Under the pieces are notes generated by a model. That model was not told where the DNA came from. It searched no databases and saw only the letters and a program-made list of their open reading frames with translations. Position numbers and translations under genes: made by a program. Source: a virus (taxonomy: Duplodnaviria; Heunggongvirae; Uroviricota; Caudoviricetes). From it: a DNA stretch of 64,000 bases. Positions 1-9,981 of this stretch are shown here, one piece after another; position 1 is the first letter of the stretch, and each line of letters opens with the position of its first letter. The stretch spans positions 47,843 to 111,842 of IMG/VR virus record IMGVR_UViG_3300028048_000051; one strand, 5' to 3'.

Positions 1-1
1 C

Positions 2-1363
2 AATAAGCTTGTCAACGCGGATGGCGACGTGATAGAACGCCTGGTGCTGCGCAAAGACGACTCATTCGGCAATGAGTGCTGCGGCTATATGTGTGACGAG
101 GCTGAGTATGGCCTAGAACGCTTGTTCCCGCACGCCCAACCTGGCGGCAAAGACTCTGCCAGTTACATGCACCAGGGCAACTCCGGACCGTGGGTGGTCA
201 TCGAAAAGGGCAACGAAGAAGCAGCATGCAACTTCCGCATGAACGGACGTTCGTACATCATTTGCGGTTCCGCTGAGCCCTTCAAACCGGAAATGCTCGA
301 ATCAGTAGGCAAGGAGCTTGACCCGAAGCAACACAAGAGCATTCCCTATGAAGCGTTGCTGCTTTTCCCAAATGGTACCTGCACTCGGTCAGACAACCGG
401 ATGTACGCCGATGAGGAAAACAACTGCTTTATCAACGGCGAGGCCATATGGCGTATCAACGCCAATGAGAAGCAGGTAGTTCCGATTATCAGTGGTGACC
501 ATAGAGTCCTGCTCCCCAAGGGCACGCGGATCATCATGCCGATTGACTGCAAGGCTGATGGCACCTACAAGGAAGAAAAGGCGATGGCCGTGGAACGACG
601 CGAAGGCCCCAAGGCCACCGGTGGTTACATCACGCAGGATCAGCTGGATTCCTTCCTCACCGTGTTCGCCGACAAGCACTACCACAAGGTCAAGGTCTAC
701 AGCGACGGCCACGAATACACCGTGAGCGGTGACAAGAGTTCCGACGAGTCCCCGAAGCAGGACAAGAACGCTGCTTTCCAACTGGTCAGTGATTACGGCA
801 TCGATCCGGCGGTTGCCAAGCTGATGCTTAAGGAGGCGGCCAACGGTGCTTCCTTCAACACACCGCGGGCGATGAATTTCTGGATAGAGAAAATCGCCTA
901 CTCCGATGACCCCAATCCGGAACCGAGTGTCGGGTACAGCAAGGTCGTCAACACCGATCCTGTGACGCAGCAGCTTGTCATGCCGGAGATAGGCGATTCT
1001 CCGGAAGCTCTGGCCACCGCGGTGCAGAACGCAGCGCAGCAGGGTATCAAGGAAGTCTTTGATGTAACACTGCTGAAGTTGCTGTGCCGGCAATCGCATT
1101 TCTTCGATGAGATCGCCGAGGACGTGCCGCTGTTCATGCGTACGCTGGACAGCCTCTGCCGCAAACTTTTCCAGTTCTATTGGCACACCGAGGAAATGGA
1201 GGAGAAATACGGAGCGGTAAAGTTGAAGGCACTCGAAGACTCGCTCAAGACATCTATCGACAGTCTGTCCGAACTGACGATCTTCTTCAAGATACGGTCA
1301 GTGGATGTCGATGGCACACTTGGTGACACCAGCGGAAAACTGCTCAGTGGCACAATGCTCTGA
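2..1363 (+). CDS. 5'-truncated hypothetical protein of the head module
   Basis: Frame is open from position 2 (NKLVNADGDVIERL...) to TGA at 1363. It sits upstream of the protease/capsid genes and carries an IEKIA motif. No family recognised. Confidence 0.75.
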   Translation, partial: NKLVNADGDVIERLVLRKDDSFGNECCGYMCDEAEYGLERLFPHAQPGGKDSASYMHQGNSGPWVVIEKGNEEAACNFRMNGRSYIICGSAEPFKPEMLESVGKELDPKQHKSIPYEALLLFPNGTCTRSDNRMYADEENNCFINGEAIWRINANEKQVVPIISGDHRVLLPKGTRIIMPIDCKADGTYKEEKAMAVERREGPKATGGYITQDQLDSFLTVFADKHYHKVKVYSDGHEYTVSGDKSSDESPKQDKNAAFQLVSDYGIDPAVAKLMLKEAANGASFNTPRAMNFWIEKIAYSDDPNPEPSVGYSKVVNTDPVTQQLVMPEIGDSPEALATAVQNAAQQGIKEVFDVTLLKLLCRQSHFFDEIAEDVPLFMRTLDSLCRKLFQFYWHTEEMEEKYGAVKLKALEDSLKTSIDSLSELTIFFKIRSVDVDGTLGDTSGKLLSGTML

Positions 1364-1373
1364 GGTCCAGTCT

Positions 1374-2297
1374 ATGCCTGACAGTGTGGCGGCGGCCGAT
1401 ACGCAGGTTCTGAAACCGCCGCAGGTACTTCGTACTCCTAATTACGGTCGGGATTCATTCCTGCGTCCTCCTGATTGGCGTTATATAGAGGCCCAGGATT
1501 ATCTGCGAGAGGAAAAAGCCGGACGGGTATCCCCTCCCCCTACCGACCCGACGGTGCAGTATCTGATCCGTCTGTTACGCGGACTTTCCAATCCGGACAG
1601 CAGACTGGCAGTATTATTGAAATGGCGGGACGCCGCAGACGTCATCCACATCGGAACTGCAGCGCGCGAAAGCGCTTTTTCCCAGGAACTCGAAGATCAC
1701 ATCATCGACGGTACCGATATCGAAGACATCAAACAAATGGTAGGCGGCACATGGTTCACTGCCGTGCATTACCATATGTTCCGCTCCTTCTTCTTCGACC
1801 TCTCGGATGTCTGCGCGGTTACGGCATGGATCAATTACCATCTGTTGGACAATGCTCGCAACAGCAAGCAGGGAGCACTCCTCCGAAATCGACTTACGGC
1901 ATACTGCGAAGGCGGTAAAGCGGCAATAGAGTCCAACATCCCTGGAAACGACGACAACGGAGGACTTTTGAAGCGTTATGCCCAAAACGTCCGACAGCAG
2001 AAAATTTTTGACTACCTTACACAGAAGACTAACCTCCCCAAGGAATTGTATGCCTCGCTGATGGAGACCGCGGTCAAGGATATGACCACCCGCGAGTTCC
2101 AGGAGCATTTGAAGGACAAGGAAGCTGCCGGAGACTCGTCGTTGCAGGAGTTGGCCGGGGATCTGTCCGAGGGAGTGAGACGCTTCACCTTAGATGAGCA
2201 ACAAACCTACGACGCCTTCGGTCTGTCGTATTCAAACCAGTACACTTCCATCATCTTGAACAAGGATCCCGAGAATGGAGCAGAAAATAATTCCTGA
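1374..2297 (+). CDS. hypothetical protein (head module)
   Basis: ORF in track (1305..2297). ATG at 1374 is preferred because it follows GAGGT. Co-oriented and tightly packed with neighbours. Confidence 0.75.
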   Translation: MPDSVAAADTQVLKPPQVLRTPNYGRDSFLRPPDWRYIEAQDYLREEKAGRVSPPPTDPTVQYLIRLLRGLSNPDSRLAVLLKWRDAADVIHIGTAARESAFSQELEDHIIDGTDIEDIKQMVGGTWFTAVHYHMFRSFFFDLSDVCAVTAWINYHLLDNARNSKQGALLRNRLTAYCEGGKAAIESNIPGNDDNGGLLKRYAQNVRQQKIFDYLTQKTNLPKELYASLMETAVKDMTTREFQEHLKDKEAAGDSSLQELAGDLSEGVRRFTLDEQQTYDAFGLSYSNQYTSIILNKDPENGAENNS

Positions 2298-4284
2298 GTG
2301 CGAAAGCCGCATGGTGAATGCCATCGAAAAAGCAGCTTCCCGTACCGTTGTAAACGAGCAGTTGGATCGCAGCGACGCACTCGCTGCGGAACTCAAGTCG
2401 GCAAATATTCCAGCGCGCTTTGCGAAAGTGGCCACCGCTGCATACAACAAACGTCTGACCGTGATGACCTTCAAGCAGCGGAGCGATGATGACAAGGTCA
2501 AATCTTTCCCACTGGCAGACGACGTGAAGGTGGCATCACTCCTGGGTGGAAAAACCTCGGAAGTACAAACTCCGGAGATGTCGCCATTTTGTATTACCAT
2601 TCATAAAGCGGCTTCCGGACACATGGATAAGGTGGCATCTCTTGAGACGTGCACCAATACGAGGCTGCCATTCGAGTATCGAGTAGATAGAGGCGTTTTC
2701 ACTTCCCGTTTGGAGGACATGGTTGAACGTCATACCGCCATTTTTGACGAGCGTATGCAGAAGCAATCCTCCCTGGAGTGCCAACTGCGCCAGGAATGTT
2801 CCGAGGTAGCATCTCTGTTGACGAAAAACGCCACGGCGTTTGACACCCTCTGCAATCTGCACGGAGAAAAATTTGCCGCCCTGATGCAGGACTACATGCC
2901 GAAAGACACCGATTTTAGGAAAACCGCCAACGGCGCGGTCCGTCCGTTCGGTTACATCTACGATCGTGTGGACAGTTTGCTGTCGAAAAAGTCCGAATAT
3001 GAAGCAAACCAGGAATTCCTCGGCGAGTACGCCGAAGGCCTGATGGAATTCAGCAAGAGCGCATCCGCATTCATGGAACGTCTTTATGACAAAGACTGCG
3101 GAAAACTGGAGAAAAAAGCAGTTGATATTCCAGATGTCCTTCTCGGCGGTGCCCTCGGCGGAGTTTCCGGATTGGCTGACGGTGTTCTCGGCGGAAGCGT
3201 CGGAATTCTGGGCGGTATGGAGCAGGGAATAAACAACGCCAGAGAAATGTACCACAAAGGCGTGGACAATTCCAAGCATCCTGCTTCGATCACTGATGCG
3301 GAGTTTCTTATCCAGGATCGTTACCGCGACCGGATGCTCGGATGGGCCGACATGGCCGCCGACCCGCAGTTCGCAATGTATCCATCGGAGCAGATCTTCA
3401 ATGCAACGCAAAAAGCGATGAATATGGACACCTCGCTGGAACGCCCTGATCGTCGAGAATTGCTGCGTACAACGGTAGGTCAACTGCTGGCGCAGAACAA
3501 CAGGTTCAGCGGAGCCGACATCGCGGCCCTGGCCACCACGATCAAGGGGCTCGAAGGCAGCAGAGGCAACACTCAAGCAGTCGGCCGCGCGGCGGTCAAG
3601 GCTCTCGACAGCGTTCGCGGCACAGATCCGGCGGTACTGGAAATCAGCCTCTCCAGTCAACTCGATAACGCAATGGCACGCGCCAGACACACCGGTGATC
3701 TTGTCCGTGCGGTCGTCAAGGATGTCGAAACCAAACGTAAGGATCAAGACGCCGAGATCAAAGAGCAAGAAAGAGAGGCACAGCGTGTCCTTGAGCGAGA
3801 AGAAGATAAAGCTCAGAAGGCCAAGGAGCGTGCCGAGGATCGGGCGGACAAGGCCAGAATCGCAGACATTGATCGCAAGACCAAGATCGACATTGCGGAT
3901 AAGGACCGGCAAAGCCGTGACAGCCTGGGACGAATGCTTGCGTACAATGATGCCGAAAGACTGCGGATGTACGGTGGTTATCTTGGAGCCTTACGCGCTG
4001 CACAGCAGAAAGGAGTCAGAGGTCAGGCCCCAATTCCGCCTCCGGAGGGTAGTGCAGGAAATGGCAGTGTCGCTGGAAATACCGTGAGCAATCCTGGCGG
4101 CAGTGGTAATACCTCCAAGAGAGAGCGCAAAATTACCGATGCTGAATTGCCGGACTGGGTATCTCGTTTCAACTGGGCATACGATCACGCTACCCCGGAA
4201 GAACAGATCGAGATGGAAAACGCCGAAGCCAACAGACATTTGGCTGAACGGGCAGAAGCATTGGGACTTCACCCACACATCTAA
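2275..4284 (+). CDS. putative internal head/ejection protein precursor
   Basis: 669-aa ORF with many K-x-A motifs (KAAS, KVAT, KVAS, KTAN, KSAS, KKAV), a Gly-rich hydrophobic segment after LEKKA and a charged C-terminal coil. Function is inferred from position and composition. Confidence 0.5.
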   Translation: MEQKIIPECESRMVNAIEKAASRTVVNEQLDRSDALAAELKSANIPARFAKVATAAYNKRLTVMTFKQRSDDDKVKSFPLADDVKVASLLGGKTSEVQTPEMSPFCITIHKAASGHMDKVASLETCTNTRLPFEYRVDRGVFTSRLEDMVERHTAIFDERMQKQSSLECQLRQECSEVASLLTKNATAFDTLCNLHGEKFAALMQDYMPKDTDFRKTANGAVRPFGYIYDRVDSLLSKKSEYEANQEFLGEYAEGLMEFSKSASAFMERLYDKDCGKLEKKAVDIPDVLLGGALGGVSGLADGVLGGSVGILGGMEQGINNAREMYHKGVDNSKHPASITDAEFLIQDRYRDRMLGWADMAADPQFAMYPSEQIFNATQKAMNMDTSLERPDRRELLRTTVGQLLAQNNRFSGADIAALATTIKGLEGSRGNTQAVGRAAVKALDSVRGTDPAVLEISLSSQLDNAMARARHTGDLVRAVVKDVETKRKDQDAEIKEQEREAQRVLEREEDKAQKAKERAEDRADKARIADIDRKTKIDIADKDRQSRDSLGRMLAYNDAERLRMYGGYLGALRAAQQKGVRGQAPIPPPEGSAGNGSVAGNTVSNPGGSGNTSKRERKITDAELPDWVSRFNWAYDHATPEEQIEMENAEANRHLAERAEALGLHPHI

Positions 4285-4295
4285 GGACATCGTCA

Positions 4296-5717
4296 ATGAA
4301 AAAGACTGTTCTTCCTGAGAGTTTCGACTTCGGGGTGCCTTCGGTAGAGATCATCGGAGCGTATTCCGGAGGATTGCATAAGGAGGCCATGCTGAAGCGG
4401 GCCTCCGCGTTCGACGACATCATCGCAGATCTCAAGCCGCGCAAGGATCGAGAATATCTGCATGTCATCACTACCGGCGCTCATGAGGTGTACGGTCCCA
4501 ACCAAAATGGAGACTCCTTCAACGGAGCCTCCTTCACGCATACCTTCCCATTTCCGGAAAAGGGTGCAAAGAAGACAGCAACATTCAAGGGCGGACTCTC
4601 CGAATATCATGACACCACCTACATGAAAGACGGTGCGGTATATCAGGAACATCAGACCAAGAGTGCCGGAGTGGATCCCAGTGGTGAAGTGATTGCCGCT
4701 CGATACAACGAACCCATGTCTCGCGGAGAACTTATCATCGGAGTGGACAAGAATAAGTGGGCTCGACGTCTCCAAAAGAAAGCAAACGGCGAGAACATTT
4801 ATCTGAGTATTGGATGTTCGGTTCCCTACGACACCTGCACGATCTGCGGACACCAGGCCAAGACCGCTTCACAGCACTGCGATCACATCAAGAAGCACCG
4901 GCTGCAGCTTTACGACTGCGGCATTCGCGCCAGTATGATGAACGATCAGCCGATGTTTTACGACATCTCCGGTGTGGACGTTCCGGCGGACAAAATAGCG
5001 TTCGTTCTGCGCAAGGTCGCCAGTGGAGAACAGTCCATCAAGGAAGCGTCTTTGGAAGCCCTCATAAACCACGGGACTCGCCGAGCCATTCCGATGAACA
5101 AGGCGGCACTTCTTCTGGATAAACTCTCCAGGCTGGAAAAGGAACTGCTCTGTAAGGTAGACGACGACTTCGATACCCAGGACGACGACAAGGAGAAAAA
5201 AGATTTTATCCTTGAAGTACAAAATTATCCTGCGGATGAAGTGATCGATGGCTGCAACCGTCATGGATTGCTCCTGACTCCGGATATGTTGTTCGATCTG
5301 ATGGGAAAAGAAGATCCCAGCGGAACACTGTCGGAATATGCACATAAATGTCATCTCGACTGCAAGGATCTGATGACGCGGATGAAGGAAGACGAGGACT
5401 TCGACGACGAACTGCTCGATGGTGCGTTCGATCAACACTTCCCTGCGGATCTCAATCTTGAATCGATCATTGATTCCGCGATGCCGGACTTCGGTATGAC
5501 TGCTCCGGCGGTAAATGCGAGAACCATCATCGTAGTGCTGCGCGGTAAGCTCAACAAGCAGAAAGAGCCAAAAGAAGACAACGACAAAAAAGCCTTCGTA
5601 GTCAAGCAGGCGGAGGATGTGTTGTCCCGCGTATATGCACGATACCTTATCAGTTTCGCGGCGCAGAATAATGACGACACCTGTCGTTCGGCCCTAAGAA
5701 AACTCGCAAATTACTGA
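4296..5717 (+). CDS. prohead maturation protease (assemblin/HK97-protease-like, with Cys/His insert)
   Basis: Motifs GPNQNGDSF, VYQEH, YLSIGCSVPYDTCTICGH...HCDH and FYDISGVDVPADKIA resemble the S-x-G-C...C-x-I-C-G...S-x-V-x-x-PAD pattern of large-phage prohead proteases. It lies upstream of the scaffold and capsid genes. Confidence 0.7.
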   Translation: MKKTVLPESFDFGVPSVEIIGAYSGGLHKEAMLKRASAFDDIIADLKPRKDREYLHVITTGAHEVYGPNQNGDSFNGASFTHTFPFPEKGAKKTATFKGGLSEYHDTTYMKDGAVYQEHQTKSAGVDPSGEVIAARYNEPMSRGELIIGVDKNKWARRLQKKANGENIYLSIGCSVPYDTCTICGHQAKTASQHCDHIKKHRLQLYDCGIRASMMNDQPMFYDISGVDVPADKIAFVLRKVASGEQSIKEASLEALINHGTRRAIPMNKAALLLDKLSRLEKELLCKVDDDFDTQDDDKEKKDFILEVQNYPADEVIDGCNRHGLLLTPDMLFDLMGKEDPSGTLSEYAHKCHLDCKDLMTRMKEDEDFDDELLDGAFDQHFPADLNLESIIDSAMPDFGMTAPAVNARTIIVVLRGKLNKQKEPKEDNDKKAFVVKQAEDVLSRVYARYLISFAAQNNDDTCRSALRKLANY

Positions 5718-5815
5718 AAAAGTGCGGTTTTCTTTGACGGAAACACTTTTTTAGTTTCAACAAGGAAACGCGCGCGTAGCTCCATGCGCGATAACCCAAA
5801 GGATGTGAAAACAAA

Positions 5816-7081
5816 ATGGCAAAAAGCACTCTCGCAGAAAAGACTTCTGCTCTCGCGCAGATGATCAAGAAATCCGGACTGCTCGGCAAGAAGGCCGAAC
5901 AGGAAATCAAACACACCGAACCCACCGAGCAGAACAACCTCGGCGCCGAAATGCAGCAGGTCGTCAACGAGCAGCCGGGCAATCAGGCGAGCAATCCCGC
6001 CGAAGTTCCGCCACCGGTGAACGACAAGGTCCGTCAGGAACCCGGCGTGCAGGATCTCAACAAATCCCCTGAAGAGGCTCTGGCCGCTACCGGCACCCAG
6101 GTGAACAACATCGCGGTTGACGGCACTCCCTCCGGAACCCCGGCACAGCAGGCAAAGACCGCGTCCGATTATCAGAATGAGCTCGCCTCGATCCTGAAAC
6201 AAATCAAGCAGCGCAAGACCGCCGCCGCGCAACCGGCAGTTCCCGCTGAGGTCCCGGAGATCGTCTCCGCGAATGAGGTCCTCGAAAAGCTTGCCGCAGC
6301 AAAGACTCAGCAAGATCAGCGTGAGGCGAGCGCACTGTTCGCGAAGTTTGCTTCAACAAACCCGGTTTTCGAGACGGCTCGGGCATCGGCCATGCAGGAG
6401 CGTATGCTCTCGGACATCAACAACCTGTCGTTGGCAAAGGACATTTCTCACAAGCAGGCAGCAGAGGAATTGGATGCGGCGCTCGCGGCCGATCCTGAAG
6501 CGGCTGCCGAACTGAGTGATGACGTCAATGGCGCAGCGCTTGCGGACCTCGCCCAGGGCGAACAGGCGACAGCAAGTCTGTTGAACGACATCGGCGCAAT
6601 GGCCGACGGCGCAAGTCAGATTCTCGGTGTAGAGGTGACTCCGGAAGCGCTGGTTGACGCGGCGGACAAGGTCGCGGAAATGGCCGACGAGATGGGCGTT
6701 CCTCCGGAAGCGCTTCTGGCTTCGGCTATACAGCAGATGACCGGCGGTGCCGCCCCGGAAATCGAGGGCAACACCCCGGAGGAACTGCAGGCGGCGCAGC
6801 AGATCATGGATGAGGCCGCGCAACAAGGTATCTCTCCCGACGAGGTGATCGAGATGGCAGCGGCTCAACTCGCTGGTGGTGAAGGGGCTCCGGCCGAGCC
6901 TCCGGCTGCCGAGCCTCCGGCTGCAGAACCGGCAGCTCAACCCGCCGAATCGGAACCTCCGGCGGAAAACAAGGAAAACAAACCGGCGGAACAGCCGAAA
7001 GATGAAGAGGGAGCAGAGAAGGCAGCCGCGCTGCAGAAACTGTCGTCCACACGTCTCGGCCGCATCGCCCTCGGCATTTGA
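5816..7081 (+). CDS. scaffold-like head assembly protein
   Basis: 421 aa, rich in Ala/Glu/Pro/Gln with a PAEPPAAEPPAAEP repeat, between protease and capsid genes, with many K-x-A motifs. Confidence 0.55.
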   Translation: MAKSTLAEKTSALAQMIKKSGLLGKKAEQEIKHTEPTEQNNLGAEMQQVVNEQPGNQASNPAEVPPPVNDKVRQEPGVQDLNKSPEEALAATGTQVNNIAVDGTPSGTPAQQAKTASDYQNELASILKQIKQRKTAAAQPAVPAEVPEIVSANEVLEKLAAAKTQQDQREASALFAKFASTNPVFETARASAMQERMLSDINNLSLAKDISHKQAAEELDAALAADPEAAAELSDDVNGAALADLAQGEQATASLLNDIGAMADGASQILGVEVTPEALVDAADKVAEMADEMGVPPEALLASAIQQMTGGAAPEIEGNTPEELQAAQQIMDEAAQQGISPDEVIEMAAAQLAGGEGAPAEPPAAEPPAAEPAAQPAESEPPAENKENKPAEQPKDEEGAEKAAALQKLSSTRLGRIALGI

Positions 7082-7099
7082 AGCAGGAGTACACGGGCA

Positions 7100-7507
7100 A
7101 TGACCGAACAAGTCTGCGACGAACTCACCAAACTGGCCAGCGAAACGATCGATCGCCTCGGACAGCTTGAGGTTGAGAATGCCGCTTTGAAGGAGGAGAA
7201 CCGCAAGCTGGCCGCCGCGGTTCTCACTCCCAGTGACAGCGCCATCGATAAGGCGCTCGACGGGCTGCTCAAATCCGGAAGTCTGAAACCGGATCAGATC
7301 GAAGTGACCCGCCAGGCCTTCAAGTCCGACCCTGATGCCGCATATCGCGCCATCGCGGGTTTGACGCTTGACGCTTCGTCTCAAGTAAAGACGGCCACCA
7401 ATAACGATGACGGCATCAACGGAGGCAGCGTAGTCAGTGTCACCGGATCCGCCGGGGATTACAAAGACGCGATGTTCGAACGGATGACTGCCATCCTGAA
7501 CAGGTAA
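7100..7507 (+). CDS. small coiled-coil head assembly protein
   Basis: 135 aa with heptad segment LGQLEVENAALKEENRKL and KLAS/KLAA/KTAT motifs; in the head operon. Confidence 0.55.
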   Translation: MTEQVCDELTKLASETIDRLGQLEVENAALKEENRKLAAAVLTPSDSAIDKALDGLLKSGSLKPDQIEVTRQAFKSDPDAAYRAIAGLTLDASSQVKTATNNDDGINGGSVVSVTGSAGDYKDAMFERMTAILNR

Positions 7508-7542
7508 CAACCAACCATCCCTCAGAGAGGAAGGATAACAAC

Positions 7543-8118
7543 ATGAGCAAAATCACACGCGCGGATTTCGAGCGTCAGATCGATCACGTCGCAGTGATCG
7601 CGCACGGTGCTCATCCCGAGTACCGGCTTGAGATCGATGCTCCTATCTCCGTCGAGTCGGGTGCCAGCGGCGCTGCCATTCGCCAGGGGTCTCTCGTGTC
7701 GCTGAATACCAGCGGCGCATACATCCTCGGCGTCGGCGAAGCCTCCAGCGGCACTACGATCAACTATCCGGTCCCGGCGATCTCCCTGAAGAACGCCAAT
7801 GATCCGGACGTCACTGCGGGCACAACCGGCAGCAGCTACAAGACCACGACTTACGCCGCGGTCGGCGGTAAGATCACCGCCATTCCCTGCACCGGTGGTT
7901 ACGAGATCGAGACGACAGAGTTCGTTCCGTCCAGCAACTACAAGCCCGGTGATGCTCTTACCGGCAGCGGCGGGTATATCTGCCTCGCAAGCACACCTGC
8001 GTTCGCCACCAGCGCTGGTCCGATCGTCGGTTTCGTCTCTCACGTTCCGGTGTTGAACAAAACAGTGGGCGCTCAGGTGCTCGGGTTCCTCACCTCGTAC
8101 ATCCCGCCGGTTCTCTAA
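7543..8118 (+). CDS. putative capsid decoration/cement protein
   Basis: 191-aa beta-rich, Gly/Thr/Ser-rich protein immediately upstream of the major capsid gene, with strong RBS (GAGGAAGGA). Confidence 0.55.
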   Translation: MSKITRADFERQIDHVAVIAHGAHPEYRLEIDAPISVESGASGAAIRQGSLVSLNTSGAYILGVGEASSGTTINYPVPAISLKNANDPDVTAGTTGSSYKTTTYAAVGGKITAIPCTGGYEIETTEFVPSSNYKPGDALTGSGGYICLASTPAFATSAGPIVGFVSHVPVLNKTVGAQVLGFLTSYIPPVL

Positions 8119-8136
8119 CAGGAAAGGACAAACAGA

Positions 8137-9090
8137 ATGTACGACAACGTGAAAATCGCCGCCGTTTCGGAACAGATCAAAGCGAACATGCTTTCGGGTG
8201 ATTCCGAACTGCTCAAGACCGCCGGTCTCGCTGCAACCGAGTTCTTCCGCACGGAAATCCGTGAAAACGGTATTCGTCGGCAGATCACTCCGCCCCAGAC
8301 AGTCACCAAAGAGAACTTTGACCCCTCCGAGGAGACTGACCTTCCGTCCATGATCGTCGAGATCGAGCCCAACTCGATGGGTGCCTACATGGTGCCGTTC
8401 GAGACCGGGCCGAAGGGCGGAGTCATCCATGGGCGCAAGGCGCGGGTTGAGTTCAACCGCATCATGACCTACAAGTACTCGATCGACAAGATCCGGCTCG
8501 ACACCTGGAAGATGCCGATCCTGGACATCTTCTACGATCTGCTCCTGAAGGACATCATGGATCAGGAAGACGATGCCAGCTTCGCGGTTGACAATGAGAT
8601 CGTCGGCACCAAGAACGCGACGCACGCGGACATGGGCTGCAAGCGCTGGGTCGAGGCCGGCCCGATGAGCCGTCAGTCCCTGGTGCACCTGAAGAAGGGC
8701 ATCCTCGTGGCTCCCGGCAATCTGAAGCCAGCGAAGTTCGTCATGAACGACCTCACTCACTGCGACTTCGGCGAGTTCACTCGCGACGCGGTCGGCGGTG
8801 ACATGGCTCAGGAGATGTTCATCAACGGCGTCACCCTGACCAAGGTCCAGGGCATCGACACCATCGTCACCAGCAAGAAGGATCTGGTGGAAACGAACGA
8901 TGTCTACATCTACGCCGATCCCAAGTACTATGGCGGGTTCTACACCTACAAGGACGTCGCCATGGTCACGGATGAGAAGGATGACATCTGGCTCACCTTC
9001 TTCGCGCACGAATGCATCGCCATGTCGGTGGTCAACGCGGCCGGCGTCGCCAAGGCCTCGTTCACCGGCACCAAGGTTGACTGGAAGTAA
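8137..9090 (+). CDS. major capsid protein (HK97-fold expected)
   Basis: 317 aa at the end of the protease-scaffold-decoration operon, strongly C/G-ending codons, followed by a strong terminator. N-terminal KIAA and KTAG motifs suggest propeptide removal. Confidence 0.75.
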   Translation: MYDNVKIAAVSEQIKANMLSGDSELLKTAGLAATEFFRTEIRENGIRRQITPPQTVTKENFDPSEETDLPSMIVEIEPNSMGAYMVPFETGPKGGVIHGRKARVEFNRIMTYKYSIDKIRLDTWKMPILDIFYDLLLKDIMDQEDDASFAVDNEIVGTKNATHADMGCKRWVEAGPMSRQSLVHLKKGILVAPGNLKPAKFVMNDLTHCDFGEFTRDAVGGDMAQEMFINGVTLTKVQGIDTIVTSKKDLVETNDVYIYADPKYYGGFYTYKDVAMVTDEKDDIWLTFFAHECIAMSVVNAAGVAKASFTGTKVDWK

Positions 9091-9182
9091 GTCGACCTGG
9101 AGGAATGGAGCGGTACCTTTGACTTCCATCTTGGGCACCGCTCCGGACTCAAAACGAGTTTGAGTTAAGTGAGCTCAGGGAG

Positions 9183-9214
9183 ATCCCCGACCAAGTGGTC
9201 GGGGATTTTCTTTT
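9183..9214 (+). terminator. Rho-independent terminator after capsid gene
   Basis: ATCCCCGACC-aagt-GGTCGGGGAT 10-bp stem followed by TTTCTTTT. Confidence 0.85.
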
Positions 9215-9260
9215 GTATAGTATTGTAATACAGTCACCTTCAACCACGCGAGGAGTTAAC

Positions 9261-9959
9261 ATGAACGAAAAGACCCCCATCTACACAAAAATCACCAACC
9301 TCACCGACAGTGCCTTTACCTTCTATTACACCGGTAAGGGTGCGGTATGGATAGGTGCTCATGCCACGGTGACCGTTCCCTATGAGTTGTGGTCTGCGGC
9401 GGACTGGAAACAACGCGAAGGATTGGCTGCCGCGGTGCTTTCCAAACAGGTCTCACTGACTCTCGGTGTCATCCAGACGGACGGCTCTTTCAAGGAGTTC
9501 GACTATCAGCCCAACCTGGCGCTCGGACTCAAGATTCCTGCTGAGGAGGTCCCCGTCGTCAGGAAAGCGGACATCAAACCTGCCAAGTATGACGAGAAGG
9601 ACGTCACGAAGCCCGTGGGCGCCGGGGATAAGATCATCCTTGCCTCCGACAAGAGCTCGCAGAAACTAGCCAAGGATTACGGCGTCGATACCAATGAGCC
9701 GGGAGTGCCGGTACAAAAAGAGATCATCAACGGTGAGGCCGTAGATGTCTCCAGTCAACCGCCTGCTGAGAAAACACAGAATCTGTCGGATAAATGGGCT
9801 GAATACAGCAAGGCCATCGAGGAAAAACGCTGGGCAGAAGCCGCCGACATGCTGAATGCGATGGGAGCCAATCCCAAAGCCACCGCCCGCGGTTTGATGG
9901 CGCTGAAGGACCGCTCCGTACCGGCGGTGAGTCTCAAATTCAACCTTGCACAGGATTGA
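9261..9959 (+). CDS. hypothetical protein
   Basis: ORF with GAGGAG RBS before ATG 9261, bounded by terminators on both sides. Confidence 0.75.
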   Translation: MNEKTPIYTKITNLTDSAFTFYYTGKGAVWIGAHATVTVPYELWSAADWKQREGLAAAVLSKQVSLTLGVIQTDGSFKEFDYQPNLALGLKIPAEEVPVVRKADIKPAKYDEKDVTKPVGAGDKIILASDKSSQKLAKDYGVDTNEPGVPVQKEIINGEAVDVSSQPPAEKTQNLSDKWAEYSKAIEEKRWAEAADMLNAMGANPKATARGLMALKDRSVPAVSLKFNLAQD

Positions 9960-9981
9960 TGCGGAAAGCAAATAAATCCAG

